A model generated the notes under the pieces. It worked only from the letters and a program-made list of their open reading frames with translations. It searched no databases and was not told the origin of the DNA. Of a DNA stretch of 50,735 nt, positions 1-11,952 are shown one piece after another (position 1 is the stretch's first letter; each line of letters opens with the position of its first letter). Source of the stretch: Callorhinchus milii (lineage: Eukaryota); contig NW_024705372.1 in assembly GCF_018977255.1 (NCBI RefSeq), forward strand, positions 1 through 50,735. The letters run 5' to 3'. The translations under genes and the position numbers were made by a program.

Positions 1-447
1 CGTGCGCCGGAGCAGAATTCGCTGCCTGGTCGCGGTGATGGCTGTCAAACCGACACCGTTGTGTGTACACGGCTCATCCCAGTTGGTGGCTGCCCGTGAT
101 TGCACGCTCCATAAGCAATGCTCTGGCATCGTTCACTTTTGTGGGCAATTGAAGGTTGTTCACGCAGCTCGGGTGTCGTCATCCGAAGTGACGCGAACAA
201 AAAGCATATTTCGTCAGGGCCCATGGACGTATACGAACGTGAGGAAAATCTGCCAATGGCTTCATTGTACCAATTTTTTTGCGCGAACCCTTTAGTTATT
301 TTTTTTAGAATACAGCACCCTCAAGACCACCCCCCCCCCGATGCCGTGGGGCTGCCAATTACCTCACCTCAACCCCAATGTCAGATTATTAACCTATTTT
401 AAATTTAACAGGCAACGCGCACTGAGCAGCATAGCTCTTTTTCAAAA

Positions 448-646
448 GCTCAACGAAGTGGCTTACCACGTGGACATTTACAGCAAGAAAATACTCGAAA
501 CGCACGTCTATAAATGTAGAGGGAAAAAAAAAATCCACGCGACCACAGGGAGAACACACCAACTCCAAAAATACAGCAGGGGTCAGGGTTGGGATAGAAA
601 CCCACGACCTCCTGTATACTAGGTGAGGTAGTTAACATCTCGCCGT
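448..646 (-). mobile_element. V-SINE-like tRNA-derived SINE (degenerate)
   Basis: The reverse complement (GGCGAGATGTTAAC...GTCGTGGGTTTCTATCCCAACCCTGA...GGAGTTGGTGTGTTCTCCCTGTGGTCGCGTGGATTT...TAAGCCACTTCGTTGAGC) aligns by eye with the plus-strand copy at 50462-50680. The central part resembles the V-SINE core motif. Confidence 0.7.
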
Positions 647-3175
647 TACGTTACGGTGGACATAAACTGCTACAACTCGGAGTAAGGCCCTCCTCGTCCA
701 TCAGCTCTGTGCGCTTGCAGCAAACGGGAGCGACTGGAGATGCTGCAAATCCAGGCGACGCACAGAGGTGGCCTTAAAAGCTTTGAGTGAGTGAACAGAT
801 GGACGCTGCATTACCGGTGCCACACCATCCGCTTTATAACAGAAACTGCGTCATAGGTGAGCTGGAATAATTTTAGTTTTTTTAATCTCGTAAATTGCTA
901 ATGGTGCGTTCACCCAATCGCGTGAGGTTAATGTTCCCAAACGGCACAACGTTGTTTGCACGTCCCGCCAAGCTCGATGTGGCATCAGGTGTTTTTTTGT
1001 TTTTATGAGTGGAAAAAAGTTCTGAAATCAATGTTCCCTCTGAAAAAGGCAAACCAGCACCTCCAGATGGTTACCCCAATGCCGTACGGTGCGAGGGGCT
1101 GGCTGCTCGGACATCAGCTGCTCTACTCTCTCGTTTTCACTGAAATGTGCGTCCATTGATCATTGAGCCATAGGCCCAAAAATGTCTTATTGGTCAACCA
1201 ACAAGGATTGCAAATTCTATCGAAATATGTTTATATCTCCAGGCCATAAAAAGGGTACGACAGCGAGTTCACTGTGGCACCTGTTTTACGAGGCGGAGGA
1301 ATTTTTTTATGAAGCTGATAATATTCTTACATTTGATAGGGTATATTGTTTCGTAAGGAAGAAGAAGACGACACCCCCCCCCCCTTTGCATCGTGGGTTG
1401 CGTGGGACGTTGCCCTGCAAGTCGGCCATTTTACAGGCGCGGCAAAGCGGTGGGCGGACGCCGGCTGTCTTCCGTCGGTCGCAGCTGCAACAACGTGCCG
1501 TGTGGCATTGGCAGGAAACTGGTGCAGAGCTTACCGGGTGAAGCGGTGAGGGAGGAGGGTGGGAGGGTGGTTGGGAGGATGGATGATGGCCGATGGAACA
1601 GCATCTGTTAATGTCCAATTTCCACAACTTCCTCTGCAAGCGTCATTATTTAACTCAACTGAGACGCCTTACGTGGCCGATGGTGGTATTTTTGGAATGG
1701 AAAAAAAAACACACACCGAGAGAAGCTATTTCCATGGCGACACAACTACCGAGGCAATGCCTCCGTTGCCAGCCGCAGAGCCGCAGAAATAATTGCGGGG
1801 GAAGGAAACGGAGGTGGCTCTGAGCTATTATAGCTAACTGTCCTTATCTCGTGTGCCCTTTGACGATATTACGCTCAACCATCCGCGGCTCGCCCTTGAG
1901 TGGCCGTGTGCTCGAGAGGGCCCCTGGCGCTTGCGGAGCCGACGAGGCCGGGTTGTGGCCGGTTTTGGGTTGGTGCGGCAACACGACGTCGCGAATGGGC
2001 AGCCGCGCCTGACGACAGCGGGTTAACTCCAACCTGGCCAGTCAACGGGCCTCAACGTTGAGCTCAATGAACTCAACTTGCAGCAACCGCACGGTGGCTT
2101 GGTTGTCAACTCCGTACTACGACATGACGACGACCGAATATCCATCCTTGGATACGCCGTTTCAGATGGAATTTAAGTTTAAGAAAAATATGTAAGGTTC
2201 CACATATCTCTGCAATGCACGGCATTTTTAAACAATCGCCCCTGTGCGATGGATACGGCAGGCAGGTTTAAATGAGGTCAGCGGTGCTGACACCTGGGAA
2301 TTAATGGGCCCGCATGAAAAGACTCCGCTCCTGCCTCCTGCCTTGCGCGTCTGCGTGGGGTCCCGGGTTTCGCAGCAGGAACTCTCGAATCAAGGGGATC
2401 GCCTCGCTGCCAAATGAGCCAAGAAGGCTTCGTCCACGTGGCGTGGCGCTGCTAACTCAAAGCACCGCGATCTCTTAAGGGGCTGGGGGCTCGTTGCCGA
2501 AATTGGCATTAAATTGCTCCCTCCCCTGTCACTAAGCGACGGGTGAGAACGGCTCGCTTGACCTTGCCGCGAGATCGACTTGTTTTGCCCGAGCGGGACA
2601 AGCACGTTTCGCTCCCGTTGGCGGCACCGAAACGTCACCTCGACCGCGGCTTTTCTCCATCAGTCGATGAACGATTGCAATTATGCGCCGCTCCTGCTGT
2701 GGTTTTTTTGGTGTCTTTGCGTGCGGCGCCGAGGCGCGGATGAATAGCTCTGCGCATCTCCAACGCACAAAAAGCACTCCGTTTCGGGTGGTTTGGCCCA
2801 GTGGGAGTTGGCCTCGCACGCCCCGGTAGCGTTCCGTGACCTACTTTATTTTGTTTTTGCTCAGGGTGATGTCGAGTGCACGGATGGGTTGTCCGTCGGG
2901 CTTAGCGGTCCCTTGGATGTGTGACGCTCCTCTTGAAACGAGTTCATTTTGCCAAAAATGTGCGGTACTTGCAGCCGTCGCTGCCGATAAGTGAATAAGC
3001 GCCTCCATCCATGGGTTCAGCTTGGGGAAACAGCCGCGCTGCGTGTCCTGGATAGGACGCGGGGCGACACGGGGGGCTCTGCTGAGTGTGGGAGAGAGAG
3101 AGACGGCCAAACCCTGACACTGCTCTCCACTCTCACTCTCGAAAGATCACAACATCCCATATGTGAACACTCACC

Positions 3176-3410
3176 GGCCAGATGGCTCAGCCGTAGAGGG
3201 GCGGCTCGCAATCGGAATCATGTGAGTTCAATTCCCGGTTGGCGATCGAGTTAGTTCCAGGTCCCTCTGGGGTTTGTAAAATGCATACTATCACCTTGCC
3301 CTCACCATATTAATGTGGTATTTCCACCACTGGCTCAAGGCTCTAAACGGGGAATGAATACCACCTCAATGTATTTTTTAGCAGGAAATTACATGGACTG
3401 TTACTGTGGT
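3176..3410 (+). mobile_element. tRNA-derived SINE with Deu-like 3' body
   Basis: Pol III A-box-like TGGCTCAGCCG (3183-3193) and B-box-like GAGTTCAATTCC (3224-3235). The 3' body CACCACTGGCTCAAGGCTCTAAACGGGGAATGAATAC is shared with the copy near 48938-48974. Confidence 0.7.
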
Positions 3411-3652
3411 ACATTTGTATCCATCCAATTACTTATCCTACAATCGGTTCAATGTATATCAATTAGCTTGTGAATGGAACACACCAATATCTGAATATTG
3501 GCTGATACAAATTTGAAATGCATTTTCATCTCCATTTTTGGAGCAAGAATTGCAGAGAGTGTGTTTCAAATTCCACGTTTGCAGAACGCAACTGAAAAAA
3601 TATATTGAGTGTTAAAATCCACGGAATGAGAGAAATAAAGTATTTGCTTTCA

Positions 3653-3868
3653 TATTCTTGGTTCTTTCGGTAAAGTCACATAGAAGGGAAATAAAAAAAT
3701 AAAAATATATAAAACAATAAAATTCTCACGACGTTTCGACTGCAACACAAGCAATCATCATCACACCTGATGATGATTTTTATTATTTATTATTTCCCAT
3801 CTACGTGACTTTACCGAAAGAATCAAGAATATGAATCCCTGCAGTCACGAAAGCTTTAGATCAAAATT
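3653..3868 (+). mobile_element. Fold-back mini Penelope-like element (inverted pLTR + pLTR + tail), copy 1
   Basis: Inverted arms TATTCTTGGTTCTTTCGGTAAAGTCAC...GTGACTTTACCGAAAGAATCAAGAATA, then tail ATCCCTGCAGTCACGAAAGCTTTAGATCAAAATT. 12-bp TSD TATTTGCTTTCA at 3641-3652 and 3869-3880. Broken hammerhead halves at 3727-3778. Confidence 0.8.
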
Positions 3869-4577
3869 TATTTGCTTTCAGTTGTAAAAATAATCAAGCA
3901 CACACACATCTACATAATGAATCACCAGGCCGGGTCAGGGATAATTTTGGCGAAGATTATGATGGCCTGACGTCAACGAGGCTTCAAACGTGCGTCATCT
4001 GGCCACAACAACAAACAAAGATTCGCCGTATCGCCTGAGCAGACTGTTGGGGCAAGCGCTGTTTACCGCCACACACCGCACCCCACATCTGGCCACACAC
4101 ACACAACGTCTCCTGTGAATTCTGCTCCTCAGCATCGCATCGCAAGCGACAGTGCAGAGCCACGGCTTTGGCTGCATTGCTTAAACCCACATTGCGAATT
4201 AGGGGGCTTATTTTTGGCCGCTTTTTAATGAGACGGGGTAAAAAAAAAAGAAAAAAACGTAACATTTTTGCGATTTAACTAAATTACCCGCGCGGTTTAT
4301 GACGACGTAACGTGCAATAATAAGCTGGCGGAACAATGGGGCGCGTTAATATCCACGCGTCGGTTACGATGTTTGGAGGTGCGGCGTGCGTGACCGGTGA
4401 AACGAGCCACATTACAGATCGGTGAATTTTGCGATCGCGTTCGGTTCGCGTCTCGCGTTTGCTCTGTGACAGACGCAAGCGCGATATTTACATGCCAATC
4501 ACGCCACGCGGTGTGTCCCCCCCCCCCACCATCGCGCCTCCAAGTAGCACGCGGTTGGCTACGCACGGACGAAAGAA

Positions 4578-4709
4578 GTTCCGTTGCTTCGTGGCCCACG
4601 GATGCCACGTGCACGCACGCACGCGCGTGCGTGCGTGCACGTGGCATCCGTGGGCCACGCACGCGCGGTGCGTGCACGTGGCATCCGTGGGCCACGAAGC
4701 AAATGGAAC
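4578..4709. repeat. Perfect 70-bp GC-rich palindrome with duplicated right arm
   Basis: 4590-4624 (CGTGGCCCACGGATGCCACGTGCACGCACGCACGC) is the exact reverse complement of 4625-4659. The right arm recurs at 4668-4696 and extends pairing outward (GTTCCGTTGCTTC / GAAGCAAATGGAAC). Confidence 0.9.
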
Positions 4710-7097
4710 CGAAGCGCCCGTGGCCTTGCGCCAAAAGCCGTTCTCGTTTGAGGATGACAAAGATCATCGTGACGGTGATGAGATCATCCAGGAGATCGGC
4801 GCCGACGCCTCGTGAGGGGCCTGCGGCACAAGCGATCGATGTTCCCGGCGCATTCAATAATTATGATCGCAAAACAATCATTAGCGTCATCGTGGAGAGA
4901 GAGAGAGAGTGTGTATATAAGAAATAGCGTTAATTTAACGTGCAGGGTTTCACAGACAATGTTTTGACTCAAATAATTGGCTTCGCAATTATACGCAACC
5001 TAATTGGGTACATTGTTTCTTAATTGCTACATTTGAGTGTGAGCATTGTTGCGCAATGTATTGGCGAGCGAGCTGAAACAAAGGTTTTAACTGGCGCGTT
5101 CAATGCTCATATACCGTGGCGCTTTCATACGTTTGGCTCTGTAGGTTGGTAGATCCTTCTTATAGACACAGATGGGTGTCAGATCGTCAGACAGCCCAAC
5201 CCAAACATCCACTATGCCTCCTTTACATACCTGTTTCTCCGCATATAAAAGACAACTAAAGGATGTTTCGTCGACACATCCATTGGCGACACGGCCATTC
5301 TGGGAGCGCGTATCTTCCAGCGGCGTTGGTTTAACCCAAGCAAATTATTCCTTCGGAAAGAAAGGAGCGAGATGGGAAGCGCCGGAGAATGGCAGCGGTG
5401 GTCTCGGGTAGACGGGCGGTTCGGGAGGAACACGTGGAGCGCCTTGCATCCCTTGCAGCTCGTGCGTCCGCCACGTGCTGCACATCTCACCTGCATTGCT
5501 CGAGATAGACACCGCGTTGTGGTTTTTATTTGCGTGCGTTGGCTGCTGCTGCTGCAGAGCTTGTTTGTGCGCGAGCTCTCTGCTTCTGCGTCGGCAAATT
5601 TGTTTATTTTTTCCCGCACGCATGCCCAAAAACGCCCCTCCTGCAAGTTATTTCTTGAGCATTGCCACCTTATCACCATCATCATCACGATCCTGATAGC
5701 CCCGTTTGTGTCAACTGCACATTCCGTCATATGCTTCCACTTTCCTCTGTCTTGCTCCGATACGTTCAAGTAGTGGCCACATCTTTCTGGCACCAATCTC
5801 GTATGATGTCGTCGTCCAGCCGTTCCCTGTTCAGGTCTTCCTCTTTTTCCGGTTCCTTCCATTTGTCCGAACAACAACAACACTTTTAATGTTCCTGTTG
5901 TTGTACATCCTACACATGTGTACAAATAGTGCCACTTTCATCACAGCTTGCATCATCAGGTTGTCTTCTTCTATGTGCCACCTTTATCTTACTTCTACGT
6001 TGCTCACTCTTTGGGTCCAGCTTCGATGCAGTCTCTATTTATAATAGCAACATATGTCGAGTGGCAATATCTTATCTCTGTCGGTCAATATCTTATCTCT
6101 GTCAAAGTCTCGCAGGCATACTAAGCTGTACTGAACAAGCATGTTCTTAACACGTTCATTTTGAACTTGCAGATGATTTGCTTTCTTCTCCAGATGTTAC
6201 AGAACCCTGCCATTCCCCCTTTTAGCATTTGCATTGCCGCGTGCTTCCAGCAGCAGCAGCAGCAACAAAAAAACCCATGATGAACGTATCCGCAAAGCGG
6301 ACCGCGTGTGCCGCGCCTACGGCTCCACGCAGTCACCGGAGGAGGCCGTGCCGAGCGCTGCGGCGGAGAGGGCTGCGGGCACGAGCGGGGAATTCCCGGG
6401 CGTCGGGATGCTCAGAAAAAAAAGACATCGCCCAGATGACCATCCCACGGGGCGATTTAATCTGTTCCACGGAGGGGAGAGTCTGATGGGTGCAACTGCC
6501 TTGAGTTTCGGCGCCGAGTATTTGGAAGCGGCGGACTGGCTGCCAAGCTCGAGAAGGAGAGTGCAGCTTCGAGAAATGCTCATCAGGTTCAACGGTTTTC
6601 ATTGATTTCACGTGGCTCGCTGAGTGGCACTCGGCGAAGAAGCCAACGGTAAATACGTGAGGAACGTCGCACGCCATGTTTGTATTGCCGTGCCAGCAAT
6701 GTTCTTGCGATTAAACAATGTAATGGATATGTACGTATGTATGTTGAACTTATGTCGCAGCGTATGTAGCCAACCATGCCAAGCGGAGATGTGGGGAAAG
6801 AAATGAAGACAAAAATAATAAAGAAATAAAGACAAAAATGTAATCTTGCTTCTGCAATTCCGCTCCTCCGTTGTTCTCTCCCAGCAATGCTGCAACCATG
6901 CCCGGTGGGACATTTTAGAATGTGTTGGACGTGCATTAGCAAACTTAGCAAATGCTTACGGCCCCAAGCAGCCCAAGGGGCTACCGATTCATAAAAAAAA
7001 CAATCTATGAACCAAATAACAGCTGAAGTTCAAATCCTTATAAACTTAAAAAGATTTCTGAAAAAGCGAAATAGTCCATCATAAGTATTGCCTATGC

Positions 7098-7269
7098 TAG
7101 ATTTGAAGCTTTCGTGACTGCAATGATTCATATTGCCAGGTTTTTGTGGTAAAATAAAAATAAAATAACATAATATAATATTTTAATAATATTTTATTTT
7201 AGTTTTACTTTTATTAATTTTTATTTTTATTTTTTGCCTACGTGACTTTACCAAAAAAAACCCTGGGAA
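7098..7269 (-). mobile_element. Fold-back mini Penelope-like element, copy 2 (internally deleted, no hammerhead left)
   Basis: Tail in reverse (TAGATTTGAAGCTTTCGTGACTGCAATGATTCATATT), AT-rich middle, then CTACGTGACTTTACC...GGGAATAT. 12-bp TSD TATTGCCTATGC at 7086-7097 and 7270-7281. Confidence 0.75.
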
Positions 7270-8001
7270 TATTGCCTATGCCTTCTTCTCGAATCTAACT
7301 CCATATTTGTCTATTGTCTACATAATTCTCTTGTCGCTACATCGCATTTGTATCTCTTACCTCTCATCTCGCTGCAGTTCTGTCTTTTGTAAATACAAAA
7401 TAATCTCGTCCCACTACATCCCAAAAGCAAATCATACTTTGTGTCCCCAATGGGCCAGCACCCCAGTGCAGGAAGGGCTTACAGCTGAGACGGGGCCTGG
7501 GTGCTGCACCAGGTGATTCCGGAGTCCCACAGAGCCTCGGTTTCTATGGATACAGAAGAGGCCCGGCTCCAGCTCCTCTCGGATAAGGGAGGGGGCAGTA
7601 GAGCTGTGTGTTGTGTGCACTTGGCTGGGCCAAAGTGGCATTTGGTGGTACAGGGCCCACTCCTTGTGCCAGGTCTGTGACAAGAAAAGTACCAAAGAGA
7701 TCCTATAATTACAGCGCTGCACCTGCTGTGTGCAATTTTTTCTTGTTGGCAAGTAACGTTTCACGAATCAATACCAATTCATTGCATTGCTGTTTGTTGC
7801 GTGGAAAAAAAAGTTTAATGCATCATTTTTCTTTGAGCAGATTGTGCTGGGTGATTTCGCGGTGAGAAATAACGAGTTGGCCTGCGGCCACATCTGCAAC
7901 ACTAAAGGTTTCCCGCCTGCTGCTTTTGTTATGTTAAATCGACAGTGAAGTCTAGCTTCTATATTAGAGGTTTTTTGGGTTAGATCGCTTAAATATATAA
8001 A

Positions 8002-8115
8002 TGCAAAGAGGAGTGGGACAAAATCCCTCCTGAGATGTGTGCAAACCTGGTGGCCAACTACAAGAAACGTCTGACCTCTGTGATTGCCAACAAGGGTTTT
8101 GCCACCAAGTACTAA
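8002..8115 (+). pseudogene. Tc1 transposase C-terminal remnant
   Basis: My translation is [37 protein letters not shown], matching the Tc1 C-terminal pattern EEWxKI...Y.KRL..VIA.KG..TKY. Confidence 0.9.
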
Positions 8116-8329
8116 GTCATGTTTTGCAGAGGGGTCAAATACTTATTTCCCTCATTAAAATGCAAATCAATTTATAACAGTTTTGACATGCGTTTTCTGG
8201 ATTTTGTTGTTGTTATTCTGTCTCTCACTGTTCAAATAAACCTACCATTAAAATTGTAGACTGATAATTTCTTTGTCAGTGGGCAAACGTACAAAATCAG
8301 CAGGGATAAAAGACTTTTTCCCCTCACTG
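8002..8329 (+). mobile_element. Tc1-like DNA transposon, 3' fragment
   Basis: Transposase C-terminus, then a 3' region ending in ...CCCCTCACTG followed by TA (8330-8331), the typical Tc1 terminus and target dinucleotide. Confidence 0.9.
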
Positions 8330-9231
8330 TATATATTTACGCGATCTAACCCAAAAAACCTCTATTATGGATGATATTAATCGCGAAAGCCTACTACGTG
8401 TTAAAACGAAGTGTAGCTTCTGTAAGCCCCGACCTTCGTTATTACGTATCACCCCTTCCTGTTTAGGCCCCGTAGTCTCGGCTCTACGCCTTTCCTTTTT
8501 AGGACCTGCCCATTATTCTTTAGGCCCGCCTCTTTATGTTTAGCTCCCGCCTCTTCCTCTGGTAGAGGTTGTGGAAGGAGGTGTGGGTTTGGGGAGTGTG
8601 CATCCACAGCCGTGGGGTAGCGGTGGATATGGGAAAGAATGGGTTGGGCGGCATCACCACGATGACCAAATTCCGATTTTGGATAATAAAAAAAATAACA
8701 ACTAGGCATCGACTGCTAAAATGCATGGTTTACAGCTCGCCTGCCCATTTAATTCCTCAGCATCGTCGGGATTACAAAGATGATTCTCGTTAGGAGCCTG
8801 AGTTACTTCGGGAGGTTCATTTCCTAACTTGTATATTTTTTTTGCAAAGATGAAGCCGTACAATATCAGCACAAGCCACCTGAAGGTAATTTGCCAGGCT
8901 CAACCTGTTCAACATCAATTCTAGTGGAGACACACTTTAGGGAGAAGTACGGAGCCGTGTGGATCCAATTTTACAGCCATAATGCGGAAAATGTATTGCA
9001 TTGATTCAATCCTTTCAGACTTTTCATTGTTGCCATTTTGCTCGAGTAATTGGCCTGACGCTATTGCTGCTGCTGCTGCTGGTGCGAAGAGGCATGAAGG
9101 CCGGACAATGTTGTTACATCTCCATGACTAATCGAGGTGACGGCGAGATTGTTGACACTTTGAAGGTGACATTTCGACTCAAAGGCCAACTCCGCTCTTT
9201 GCAATATCAATCCTCCACTGTGAATGGTAAC

Positions 9232-9730
9232 CACTGGCAGAGCTAGTGGAGGGGGAGGTGGGTTGGCACGTGCCCCCCCCAATGATCAGATCGAAATCCC
9301 TAATTTCGATCGGATCATTGGGGTTTATTAGTAATAAATCTGCTATTTGCGACCTCTACTGCCACTGTGTAGCATATTATTACGTGCCAGGGACTTTATG
9401 AGATGATAGGACAATAGTCTGAGTCCAGAATTGGCAATAAGTAACGGCAAAGCAGTTATAAGTGACTCACAGAATCGTGCGCAGTTGCGTATACAGTACA
9501 CGACTTCCCTGAAGGCATCAACACCTCCAGCGAGCGCGATGCCGATCACACAACGCGGTTCGAATTCGACCCTCGATCGATGGCTGCGCCATCGCCGCAC
9601 ACGCGTCGAATAAAAATCAAGGGACAAGTCCTTACTTACTAACAACTCCTTACTTACTAACAACTCCTCTATCATTTTACATTGCTGGAGGGGTTGCCCC
9701 CCCTACCTAAAAATCCTGGCTCCGCCATTG
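9232..9730. mobile_element. Putative hAT-like non-autonomous element (old)
   Basis: Imperfect TIRs CACTGGCAGAGCTAG / CTGGCTCCGCCATTG with G- and C-run subterminal motifs. The 8-bp flanks match only partly (ATGGTAAC / ATGGATTA). Internal 18-bp tandem duplication near 9630-9668. Confidence 0.45.
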
Positions 9731-11952
9731 ATGGATTATATGAGATTATTGAAACATCAGACTGCAGTTTCGGGGTCGCACTAATCAAATATCGAAACTC
9801 AAATTATACTTACCTGCCATCCTCTGGGTGAACCCCTGTCCCGGGCCACACTTTAACGAGACGTATTGTTCACGCGCTGTGCACTGTGGCAAGGCACACA
9901 GGCGCTCCCCCCCCCCCTCCCCCGTGGGAGCGAGTGAGACGCGCGTGTTGGTCCGGGTCGGCGCCGGGGCGGGGAGGAGGGAGACGCAGGGGTCACCGGG
10001 TCATCTTTGTGATGCGCGCTCGCGTTCAGAGACTACTGCTCGCGCGCTCGCTGACTCGCTCGCTCATGATGGCCATGGCACCACGTGTCTCATCCCTGGG
10101 TTTCCAGGCCAGCAGGTCAACACAGCCTGTGCCAGGTCGCGCTGTGAGAAGGCCAGTGGGCTGCCTCGGCGCTCCTCATTTTTGATGGGGTTTTTTTCTC
10201 TCTCGCACGTGTTGCGTCATCCTGGGCGATTCGGAGCTGTGAGATTCTTCTCACGTGATTTAGGGGCACCGTAGAGCAATGAGCATCTAGACGTGACGTG
10301 ACGAGCACACGCACGTGCCACGGCCCTTTCGTCAATCCACTACCGGATGAGGGCCTCCTCATCGCCATGTGGGTCGGGGGGTTTATTTTGACCAGACTTC
10401 AGGCTGGTCAGTGCGGGTTGGTGAATGCTGGGAAGCACACTACAATACAACAAAGTATTTTGCTGAACCTCCCTCTGCTGCCCACCGATTATCTCCACAG
10501 CAGCCTGTAGCAACTGCTTTTTTGTGAGTGGAGGTGACCCATCCGAGCAGTATCGAGGGCTCGGTCCTGCCTAGCTTGTGCGATCTCATGGAAGCGGGGC
10601 GCTATCCCGGCTGATTTGTTCAATGGGTCATATGGCGAGTTCCAAGTCGAGCATCAATTTCTCAGCGGGGGGCAGGGGGTCAGTCACGCGGTGGGTGAAA
10701 CACTGACCCTTGGCAACGTGAGCAATCGGCCGCACTGGCTTTCTCACTGAAGCTGTGGTCTAGCGCCAGCCTAGTCACGACAGCACGCCGGGACACAGCC
10801 ACCCTTTGTCACGGAGCAAGTGAGAGGTTTCAACTCGAGCGGGGAAATCGTAGTCACAGGTTTGCTTGCCGTGCCCAGACTTATTGTCGTAAAACATTCA
10901 TATTCCCATTCGTCCGCGCATGTTGTTTTACCAGCACTGGCCTTCGAGCGGCTGAAGTGCAGGCAGCCTCTTGTCTGGGCTGACGATGTCAATTGCAGCA
11001 CATTTCATGACATGCATATGAAATCCATCTGCTGTTACTGAATGGGAACCAGAGAATTACCATCAGTGAACGTGCAAACTCATCAAAGAAGCTTACGAAA
11101 TGGCCACGAAATAGCTGTTGTTATTTTTTTTTTATCTGAATACGTGAGTACACTCAAATATTATTGACCGTAATGGCGTAATTTTTTTTGCATCTGGCTC
11201 GTTTATAATCATTCCCTTTCATGTCCGTTGGCAAAAACACAATTAGCGCTCGGCAAAATGTGATAATTACCAACTGGGAAGGCTGGAGAAGGGATAAGAT
11301 GGAGAAAGTTTACGATTTGGATGAGCATCGCACTAGCCGTTTCATTTATTATTTCCCTGCTACCGTCGCTTTTAAAAAAAGCATCCCCACAGAGCAGGCT
11401 GAGAAACGTGTCAGGTTTTAAATTGTTCCCTTACAGATGTGCCAGTTTAATAAATGCTTTGTCCACTCGGGACACATCACCAACGGGTGACTGAACCCCG
11501 TACAACTTTCGGCATTCACCTTCCATCGATCCGGCGCGTCAGTCACAGTTGCACTTGTCGGAGACATTTATTTTCCAGCTTACTTTTTAATAACCTCGCT
11601 GCGCACTCACGGCAGCTCAATTCCTTGGGGCAATTTCAATACGCAACTTGTGGGAGTGTCGTCGGGGGGAGGGCGGGGGCACAGGGGCTATTTTGTGAGT
11701 TTATCGGCTTGAGCTGCACAGGTGTGTTTTTTCTCCCACCAAACGTGGCAACGTCGTCCCGGTTGCTGCTGATGCCAAGTCAAGCGTGACGGCACAACAG
11801 CAGGGAACGCAAGAAGCCCGCGGTCCGGGAACGTGCCAAATCAAAGCAAGCTCCATAATAGAGGGGGGGGGGGTGGTTTCGGTTAGATCGCGTAAATGGT
11901 GTCGTTCAAATCTTGACTTAAAGCTTTCGTTACTGCAGGAATTCATATTATT

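Larger units (their letters stand above)
7958..8371. mobile_element. Terminal inverted repeats of a MITE-like DNA element enclosing a Tc1 fragment
   Basis: TAGAGGTTTTTTGGGTTAGATCGCTTAAATATATA on the left pairs with TATATATTTACGCGATCTAACCCAAAAAACCTCTATTATGGA on the right. Same terminal motif as the element at 11852-16297. Confidence 0.7.

Noticed and set aside
3176..3245. tRNA genes here and at 18940-19003 and 48459-48530
   Set aside because: A and B boxes are present but I could not form a full cloverleaf, and each continues into a SINE body.
3727..3778. Intact hammerhead in mini-Penelope copy 1
   Set aside because: The minus-strand motif lacks C3 and stem I, and the plus-strand motif is deleted after CTGATGATGATT.
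6065..6103. 21-bp-period tandem duplication of CAATATCTTATCTCTGTC
   Set aside because: A simple local duplication with no further structure.
4297..6677. ORFs 4297-4857, 4397-4927, 5212-5925, 6234-6605 as host genes
   Set aside because: No recognisable domain; openness is explained by GC-rich palindromic or low-complexity sequence. Short exons cannot be excluded without transcript data.
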